This document shows, piece by piece, positions 17,211 to 22,537 of a DNA stretch of 30,803 nt; the stretch's first letter is position 1; the number at the start of each line of letters is the position of its first letter. The stretch is from a virus. The stretch lies in UHGV virus genome UHGV-0140727; one strand, 5' to 3'. Under the pieces are notes generated by a model, which saw nothing but the letters and a program-made list of their open reading frames with translations, was not told the origin of the DNA and did not search any database. A program made the translations under genes and the position numbers.

Positions 17211-17292
17211 TGGTCGAGGCGGCAGGACTCGAACCCGCATACTCCACTTACTCGGTTAACGGCGGTTTAGAAGACCGCTGAGATACGCCCCG
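17211..17292 (-). tRNA. tRNA-like gene, anticodon unresolved (candidate loop CUUCUAA would give Arg UCU)
   Basis: Clean T-arm GCGGG-TTCGAGT-CCTGC, 7-bp acceptor with one G-U pair, CCA encoded. A perfect stem GCGGT/ACCGC carries loop CUUCUAA, but the remaining nucleotides do not give a canonical D-arm and variable arm. 82 nt. Confidence 0.4.
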
Positions 17293-17540
17293 TAATTATC
17301 TTTAAAGACTCTCTTAGAAAGCCCTTAGAGATGCCCACCTTATTAATCATACCGTGGGCTAGTACGCCAAATTCTTTGATGAGGGATTGGAAGACCTCAC
17401 TGGTGTTTAGCCTATCAAGCTACTGCCAGAAAAACATTGTCGTTTGCATTTATTTTAAATTTGCAAAATAGACGCTACGCAACGAAAACTAAGGTTACTA
17501 TAAAGTAGTCACATCTCAATGTCAACAACTTTATTGAAAT

Positions 17541-17615
17541 TGGTTGTAGGTGAGGGTATCGAACCCTCTTCTAACGGTTATCAGCCGTTTGCATTACCAT
17601 TTATGCTAACCCACA
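17541..17615 (-). tRNA. tRNA-Ile (anticodon GAU)
   Basis: Perfect D-stem GCAT/ATGC, perfect anticodon stem AACGG/CCGTT with loop CUGAUAA, T-arm GAGGG-TTCGATA-CCCTC, CCA encoded. Confidence 0.75.
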
Positions 17616-17617
17616 AT

Positions 17618-17694
17618 TGGAGGTTCAGATGGGAATCGAACCCACATTCATAGGGCTTATGAGACCCTTGCATTACCTTATCTGCGACTGAACC
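17618..17694 (-). tRNA. tRNA-Met (anticodon CAU; elongator or Ile2-type not distinguishable)
   Basis: Perfect acceptor (GGTTCAG/CTGAACC), anticodon stem AGGGT/GCCCT with loop CUCAUAA, T-loop TTCGATT, CCA encoded. G1-C72 pair argues against an initiator. Confidence 0.65.
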
Positions 17695-17698
17695 ATTT

Positions 17699-17774
17699 TG
17701 GTAGAAGTGGAGGGATTCGAACCCATCGCCTGTCAGATTAAAAGTCTGCCGCATCACCATTCTGCTACACTTCC
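17699..17774 (-). tRNA. tRNA-Lys (anticodon UUU)
   Basis: T-loop TTCGAAT, anticodon loop CUUUUAA, 7-bp acceptor, CCA encoded. Confidence 0.65.
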
Positions 17775-17916
17775 ATTAAATTATATTTGTAGATAAGCTA
17801 CCCAGACTTGCTTAAGGTCTGTAGCGATGTGTCTTTTCGGGTTAAATCTAGAATCTACCCTTCCACCTTTGTGGTCGCATACTCACAGGTAAGCTTAATA
17901 ACTTATCTACAAAGAT

Positions 17917-18057
17917 AATTACCAGACCGTTGTTTATCATCTTAAGTGCTACCATTACACCAACTCGACATCTGCCGAGTGAAGGAATCGAACCTTCGCC
18001 TTTTCTTTACCGGAGAAATAGATTGTTTAAGTTTTGCTGTAAACGGTCTTCTGTAAA
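17917..18057 (-). ncRNA. Structured RNA element A: conserved bulged closing helix enclosing a permuted tRNA-like module (Y-RNA-like candidate)
   Basis: Sense strand: 5' TTAC-AGA-AGACCGTT (plus 18040-18055) pairs with 3' AACGGTCT-G-GTAA (plus 17920-17932). Between them, in order: T-arm GAAGG-TTCGATT-CCTTC (plus 17971-17987), a 7-bp acceptor-like hairpin closed by a 4-nt loop (plus 17953-17970), and a D-arm-like GTGTAATGGTAGCAC (plus 17936-17952). No anticodon arm. Confidence 0.45.
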
Positions 18058-18063
18058 TTTGTT

Positions 18064-18145
18064 GAGCCAGACCAAGTTTTAAATTTTTCAAAATTAAATT
18101 GGCTTGAAAATATCATACGTACTTGCTGTATTTGGTCTTCTGCTC
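18064..18145 (-). ncRNA. Structured RNA element B (paralog of A, C, D)
   Basis: Same helix architecture with compensatory changes: outer GAGC/GCTC, 5' AGA opposite 3' G, inner AGACCAA/TTGGTCT, conserved TACAGCAA at the start of the enclosed loop. Confidence 0.4.
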
Positions 18146-18203
18146 CTTTAAAGGATACTCGTAAGAACCCTTTAAGGGAGGGGCTAAATAGCCCTCTCAA
18201 AAT

Positions 18204-18281
18204 TGGCGGTTACGAAGGGATTTGAACCCTCATCATCTCCCGTGACAGGGGAGTATTTTAACCAAATTAAACTACATAACC
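18204..18281 (-). tRNA. tRNA-Asp (anticodon GUC)
   Basis: Perfect anticodon stem CTCCC/GGGAG with loop CUGUCAC, T-loop TTCAAAT, acceptor with one G-U pair, CCA encoded. Confidence 0.75.
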
Positions 18282-18286
18282 TTTAT

Positions 18287-18374
18287 TGGTGTGCCGTGTA
18301 GGAGTCGAACCTACCGAGTCTCAATGACAAGGGATTTACAGTCCCCACCGCTACCATCTACGGGATAACGACAC
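18287..18374 (-). tRNA. tRNA-Tyr (anticodon GUA), type II
   Basis: 88 nt. Anticodon stem GGGGA/TCCCT with loop CUGUAAA, long variable arm, perfect T-stem GTAGG/CCTAC, 7-bp acceptor with one G-U pair, CCA encoded. Confidence 0.7.
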
Positions 18375-18383
18375 ATTTAAATT

Positions 18384-18460
18384 TGGCGGTTAGTCAGGGA
18401 TTCGAACCCTGTGCCATTCGCTTAACAGGCGACCGCACATACCTTATGTGCTTCCTAACC
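18384..18460 (-). tRNA. tRNA-Asn (anticodon GUU)
   Basis: Perfect D-stem GCAC/GTGC, anticodon loop CUGUUAA, perfect T-arm CAGGG-TTCGAAT-CCCTG, CCA encoded. Confidence 0.7.
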
Positions 18461-18470
18461 ATGTTTAGTA

Positions 18471-18543
18471 TTACCAGACCGTATCTTTCAATTTTTTCCG
18501 CTAAAAATTTAATAAATATTGCTGTAAACGGTCTTCTGTAAAT
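18471..18543 (-). ncRNA. Structured RNA element C (paralog of A, B, D)
   Basis: 5' strand is identical to element A over 24 nt (TTTACAGAAGACCGTTTACAGCAA). It pairs with 3' ACGGTCT-G-GTAA (plus 18471-18482): outer TTAC/GTAA, inner AGACCGT/ACGGTCT, enclosing about 40 nt. Confidence 0.4.
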
Positions 18544-18544
18544 T

Positions 18545-18621
18545 TGGAGGCGGGTGCAGGAGTCGAACCTGCCGATACCATGCTAATGAGACATGTGAGA
18601 CGCCCTTTCTCTATACCCGCA
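18545..18621 (-). tRNA. tRNA with anticodon CAU (Met, initiator or Ile2-type not resolved)
   Basis: Perfect T-arm GCAGG-TTCGACT-CCTGC, D-stem GAGA/TCTC, anticodon loop CUCAUUA (U at position 37 is unusual), 6-bp acceptor with a 1-72 mismatch, CCA encoded. Confidence 0.55.
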
Positions 18622-18629
18622 ATTCTTAA

Positions 18630-18709
18630 TGACCAGACCAAATCTCTTCTATGTCCGATTTACCTTCAGATGAATAAGATTAAGTTTGCTGTAATTGGTC
18701 TTCTGTCAA
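18630..18709 (-). ncRNA. Structured RNA element D (paralog of A, B, C)
   Basis: Outer helix TGAC/GTCA, 5' AGA opposite 3' G, inner AGACCAA/TTGGTCT, conserved TACAGCAA at loop start, enclosing about 50 nt. Confidence 0.4.
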
Positions 18710-18712
18710 AAC

Positions 18713-18790
18713 TGGCGTTCCAGAAGGGATTTGAACCCTCAAATATCCACTTTGAAAGAGTGGTGACTTTACCATTTTGTCTACTGGAAC
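18713..18790 (-). tRNA. tRNA-Glu (anticodon UUC)
   Basis: Perfect acceptor (GTTCCAG/CTGGAAC), perfect anticodon stem CCACT/AGTGG with loop CUUUCAA, T-loop TTCAAAT, CCA encoded. Confidence 0.75.
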
Positions 18791-18797
18791 ATTAATT

Positions 18798-18874
18798 TGG
18801 TCTCTGTTGGAGGACTTGAACCTCCGGCCTTACCGCCCCAAACGGAACGCTCTACCAAGCTGAGCTAAACAGAG
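18798..18874 (-). tRNA. tRNA-Pro (anticodon UGG)
   Basis: Perfect acceptor (CTCTGTT/AACAGAG), perfect D-stem GCTC/GAGC, perfect T-arm GGAGG-TTCAAGT-CCTCC, anticodon loop UUUGGGG with G37, CCA encoded. Confidence 0.7.
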
Positions 18875-19039
18875 ATAAACTTTTCAAACTCTATGTAACC
18901 ACTTTAACATTATTTTTTAGTGATTGTCAAGAACTTTTTTAAAATATTTTTCAGTATCTTAGAAAAGCTCTCATTTCGTTTCTATGTAGAACATATTAAA
19001 GGGTATTAAACACATTGTCAATACCCTTTTTAAAACTTT

Positions 19040-20455
19040 TTACCAGATATAACGGTCAATCATTACTGCTTTGAGCATTACGCTGATTGGGTCAAACTTC
19101 TCACCACCAAGCAGAGCTTTTAAAGTGGCTGGAGAGAAACCAGATACCATTGCTACACCGTTATCCTTAACAGATACTTCGCAAGTACCGTTACGGTTTG
19201 CTAAGTACCAGAATACCAGTTGTGGCATTTCGTATCCAGCTTTTTTGTACTTACTCTGGATTGCTTCAAAGTTTGTACGACCGTTAGCTCCATCAACCTG
19301 ATTGAACTCCATATCGGAGAAGATGATAAGCTTACTTGGCATATCTTTCTGAGTCAAGTTGTTTCTTTTACCTGTCTCAAGAATACGGTCAAAAGCTGCT
19401 TGTAAGTTAGTTGAGCCATATTCAACGTGTCGCATCACCTGACGATGACGGTTTCGTAAATCACCACTCAGTTCGATGAAGTGAGGGTTTGTTGAATAAA
19501 CCATTAACTCATTCTTAAAGCAACCTGTATTGCGTTCTGCTACATACAAGGCAAGTGATACACCAATATCCAGAGCAGTAATGGAGCCAAAATTCACCCA
19601 AGACATTGAACTTGATACATCAGACATACACAAGATGTTTTCACCTTCTGCCATCCAGTTTGGTAGTGCTTTCCACTGCTCATTAGCAACATCTGCATTA
19701 CCATACTTGACAGATTTAATCACATCGTATGGGTAAACAGCACCAGCGTTAATCTTAGTCTCACCTTTTGATAAGGACTCGATGTAAGCTTTGTAACGCT
19801 CTCCATCTTTACGGTTAAACAGTTTTTGGTAACGTGCAGCAGCAAGTGAAGGAATCTTACTGTAGTCAATCTTACCAAACTCATTAGCAGAGATTTTTTG
19901 CTCAACTGTATCAGATAGTGCAGACAACAGTGTGCGGTACTCTTTCTCACTCAAGTTGGCAAACTTGCAGAAACGTTTTACAAACTGCTTATGACGTGGT
20001 TTGACTCGTGGTAACCACTTAGCCGCCAAACCTGCTGTTGCAGGGTCTAGTAATGCTGCTTCTAAATGTTTGAAGGCATCTGTCTCGAAACGAGTACCTA
20101 CGAAGATTTTGAAGTCATCAAAACGACCAAGTTCTGCAATCTTATCCATAATGCGAAGAACCTGCGTAGACTCTAAAACTTTGTCTTCAATTGCTTGAAG
20201 CAAAACAGTTCTGAAGGCTTTACGCTCACCCATACCTTCTCGTACATCTCGCATATGAAGCAAAATACGAACTGCAACATCAACATCCTCACGCAAAGCT
20301 TTGTAGAACAGGTCTGGTAAGATTTCTACGTTGCTACGGCTTGAACCAGCAGCTTTGTAAAAGTCTACAAGAGCAGACATTGATGAAGTATGGTTTACAG
20401 CACCATTTTCAGTTCGACCTGCATGAAGGTACGCATGTTTAAATAATTCGCTCAT
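19040..20455 (-). CDS. vWA-domain protein with a helical N-terminal domain; Ro60/Rsr-like (TROVE + vWA) architecture, DUF2828-like
   Basis: 471-aa ORF. The C-terminal half has the vWA MIDAS signature in order: DxSxS (LCMSDVSSSMS), a downstream GSTN threonine, and LIIFSDME. The N-terminal ~250 aa is predicted helical. The TROVE assignment is inference from architecture and context, not from a search. Confidence 0.55.
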   Translation of the reverse strand: MSELFKHAYLHAGRTENGAVNHTSSMSALVDFYKAAGSSRSNVEILPDLFYKALREDVDVAVRILLHMRDVREGMGERKAFRTVLLQAIEDKVLESTQVLRIMDKIAELGRFDDFKIFVGTRFETDAFKHLEAALLDPATAGLAAKWLPRVKPRHKQFVKRFCKFANLSEKEYRTLLSALSDTVEQKISANEFGKIDYSKIPSLAAARYQKLFNRKDGERYKAYIESLSKGETKINAGAVYPYDVIKSVKYGNADVANEQWKALPNWMAEGENILCMSDVSSSMSWVNFGSITALDIGVSLALYVAERNTGCFKNELMVYSTNPHFIELSGDLRNRHRQVMRHVEYGSTNLQAAFDRILETGKRNNLTQKDMPSKLIIFSDMEFNQVDGANGRTNFEAIQSKYKKAGYEMPQLVFWYLANRNGTCEVSVKDNGVAMVSGFSPATLKALLGGEKFDPISVMLKAVMIDRYIW

Positions 20456-20487
20456 ATTTTACTCTCTTCTCTCATTTGTTGTTTGAT

Positions 20488-20523
20488 GTGACAGACTTTA
20501 GAGCAACTTTGTATAGTCTGTCA
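20488..20523. promoter_or_regulatory. Perfect 9-bp inverted repeat between two minus-strand genes
   Basis: tgacagact (20489-20497) and agtctgtca (20514-20522) separated by a 16-nt loop, lying between the stop of the 123-aa ORF and the start of the vWA-protein ORF. No flanking U-run, so it is not a classical terminator. Confidence 0.4.
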
Positions 20524-20536
20524 ACACCTTTTAAAA

Positions 20537-20908
20537 TTATTTTTTGAGAGTTGCTACAGCAGAGAACGTTGGTTTGTTATCTGTCTGTTGTTGACCACCA
20601 TTATCAGGAGTCTTCTTAGTGTCTGCTGCAAGTGCTTTCATCTCACCTGCTGAGTGAGTAAAGATAGTTTTACCTACCTCAATCATGCTCTTGATGGTTA
20701 CGTCGTCTGTGTTTAACCCGAACTCTGCAAGCTTAGCAGCGTCCCTTGTAACAATCGCCTCAAACAACTTTGCAGCAAACTCAGCAGAATTATCAATGGT
20801 CAGTTGAGCTTTTACAAGTGAGCTTTTGTTACGAGAGCCTTTTGGTCTTCCAGATGGGTTTCCAGATTGGCCTTTTTTAAACTGGCCTTTGTTTGTTCTG
20901 TTTTTCAT
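20537..20908 (-). CDS. Hypothetical basic protein with N-terminal GNPSGRPKG motif (DUF5681-like; possible DNA-binding or small-terminase-like)
   Basis: 123-aa ORF with a Lys/Arg/Gly-rich N-terminus (KGQFKKGQSGNPSGRPKGSRNK). First gene of the minus-strand unit, next to the divergent intergenic region. Confidence 0.5.
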   Translation of the reverse strand: MKNRTNKGQFKKGQSGNPSGRPKGSRNKSSLVKAQLTIDNSAEFAAKLFEAIVTRDAAKLAEFGLNTDDVTIKSMIEVGKTIFTHSAGEMKALAADTKKTPDNGGQQQTDNKPTFSAVATLKK

Positions 20909-21157
20909 TGGTATGCCTCTTATAAGACCTCTTAAAAGGCTTTTAAGATAAAAGATAGATATCCAGAAAGATATCTGTTTAAATAGCCTTTTTAGAGGAA
21001 CCTTTTAAGTTATCTTCTAAGTATTTATAAGCCTACACCTTGTCAAGTACTTTGTCAACAACTTTTTTAACTTGCAATAGTTCTTGACTTGTTGTATGGA
21101 TTACTGTACCATCTTACTTAAAGCTGTAGGTCTGCCTTGTTCTACAAAGGAGACTTA
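20909..21157. promoter_or_regulatory. Divergent intergenic control region (candidate promoters and operator palindromes)
   Basis: 249-bp AT-rich gap between divergently oriented gene blocks. It holds a perfect palindrome AGATATC-cagaaa-GATATCT (20953-20972), a CTTAAAAG-GC-TTTTAAG palindrome (20930-20946) and several TTGTCA/TTGACT -35-like hexamers (21041-21091). Promoter calls are not precise. Confidence 0.4.
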
Positions 21158-21319
21158 ATGAGAAAATCAAATAAACCGAAGAAAGGTAAGAATACCAATC
21201 ACTGTAAGGAATCAAAAAGGGTAGAGTTAATCTACTATTCATCCTCTGAAATTGGTCTGTACCTGTTCTTTCAAAATTACAGAAGACAAGAGGATTATCT
21301 ATGTGTAGTTCCCAATTAG
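21158..21319 (+). CDS. Hypothetical small basic protein
   Basis: ATG at 21158 is preceded by AAAGGAG with a 4-nt spacer. The ORF track's longer version uses a TTG at 21137. Lys-rich N-terminus. Confidence 0.4.
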   Translation: MRKSNKPKKGKNTNHCKESKRVELIYYSSSEIGLYLFFQNYRRQEDYLCVVPN

Positions 21320-21534
21320 AAATCGCAGATATTATAGATTTATATCAAACTGCAAAGAGTCATGGCTATATAACCTCAATTGGAAAGAATAGTCACTATG
21401 ATGCTTTGACTGGAATGTATTTCAGGGCAATGGCTCAATCTAGTGAACAACACTTAATGGTTTCTTCCAGTGAGTTTACTTCGTTTCTCTATTGCAGCAA
21501 AATTATAAATCGCAGGAGAACTGAAAAATGTTAA
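21301..21534 (+). CDS. Hypothetical protein
   Basis: 77-aa ORF with an AAGAGGA ribosome-binding site upstream, overlapping neighbours by a few nucleotides. Confidence 0.4.
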   Translation: MCSSQLEIADIIDLYQTAKSHGYITSIGKNSHYDALTGMYFRAMAQSSEQHLMVSSSEFTSFLYCSKIINRRRTEKC

Positions 21535-22118
21535 CAGTAAGTTTTAATTACAATAGTGATGGCTCTGTATCAATTAATTCGCCATATGCAAATGACCTAC
21601 TTAAAGAGCTAGTCAATCAGTGTGATAGAGGTCTTCACTATGTTCAAAATTCTTTTAAACAGAAGACTATTGCTAATAACTTGATGCGTGTAACAGTAAC
21701 GGCATCGAATCCAAATTATGACTTTGATAGTGAAAGTCCGTACTCATTAGTTGCGCTTGGAGAGAGCAGCCAATTCAAACTTGTTTGCCACGACTCAGAA
21801 ACATTCCTTAAGGTCTTTTCCAACCTTATCCATAATAATAAGTACAGCTACGTTGATGGTAGTGTAAATTTCTACCCAGCAAACTATACATGTTTGTTGG
21901 TTGATAATATGAGAAAAAGTAAACAAGAACCTACAGAAATTTCATTTGATGTGAACTCTAGTCCAGACGCAGAAACAAGTAAGAACTTTGATATGAGTTA
22001 CGCATTGTCACTCAGTAAGAAATCCGAGTTCATTGATTATGTCAATGGATTTGGTTTTAAGTTTGATGAGAGTATGAATCTTAAAAAACTTAAGAACCTA
22101 CTTAAGACCAAAGCTTAA
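21528..22118 (+). CDS. Hypothetical protein
   Basis: 196-aa ORF with an AGGAGAA ribosome-binding site upstream. Confidence 0.5.
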   Translation: MLTVSFNYNSDGSVSINSPYANDLLKELVNQCDRGLHYVQNSFKQKTIANNLMRVTVTASNPNYDFDSESPYSLVALGESSQFKLVCHDSETFLKVFSNLIHNNKYSYVDGSVNFYPANYTCLLVDNMRKSKQEPTEISFDVNSSPDAETSKNFDMSYALSLSKKSEFIDYVNGFGFKFDESMNLKKLKNLLKTKA

Positions 22119-22165
22119 GTGTGAATAGGGGCTGATGCCCCTTTAACTATTTATAAGGATATTTA

Positions 22166-22537
22166 ATGAAAGCTAAGAGTGCAAAAGACTTTTATTGCTT
22201 CCTACAATCCTATATCAATTCCGTGCAAAATGGTGAAAGGTACAACCTTAATGATGTTATCCCAACACCTTTGACATGGAGACTCAGTAAATGGCCTGAA
22301 GAAGATATTACACCAACAAGCGAACAACGCACCTACAAACCTGAAATCAATATTCCAGACTCTGAGAATCTGTTATATCCAATGTTCCATATCGTTGGAC
22401 TTGGAAGATTCCTTATGGATATCCAGTATGTAATTGGTAAAGGTTATAAGGTTAAAGGTATTGTTGTTGGTGATGTATCTCCGCATCACAAAGGTTATTT
22501 TAGACTAAACGCACATTTAGAGGCTAAAAAGAAATGA
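22166..22537 (+). CDS. Hypothetical protein; stand-alone paralog of the N-terminal domain of the downstream Ig-like protein
   Basis: 123-aa ORF. It aligns by eye with residues 1-105 of the next ORF (KAK..DF..F...I..V..G.RY......P.TWPE.DI.....Y.P....P.S..LLY......DLQY.I..GK). Stop overlaps the next start (ATGA at 22534-22537). Confidence 0.55.
   Translation: MKAKSAKDFYCFLQSYINSVQNGERYNLNDVIPTPLTWRLSKWPEEDITPTSEQRTYKPEINIPDSENLLYPMFHIVGLGRFLMDIQYVIGKGYKVKGIVVGDVSPHHKGYFRLNAHLEAKKK

Noticed and set aside
17197-17247. N-terminal 17-codon extension of the HNH ORF (track start at 17247)
   Set aside because: The extension overlaps the tRNA-like gene at 17211-17292 and the internal ATG at 17196 has a proper ribosome-binding site.
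18544-18795. Plus-strand 83-aa ORF
   Set aside because: Lies antisense across two tRNA genes and structured element D.
18890-18945. Possible promoter for the tRNA array (perfect TTGACA on the minus strand, 17-nt spacer, then TTAAAG)
   Set aside because: The -35 is perfect but the -10 candidate lacks the conserved A at -11 and T at -7, so it is too weak to report as a feature.
19071-20198. Small ORFs on both strands inside the vWA-protein gene (19071-19301, 19220-19405, 19530-19736, 19720-19950, 20001-20198)
   Set aside because: All nested within the 471-aa ORF, which carries the ordered MIDAS motifs in its own frame.
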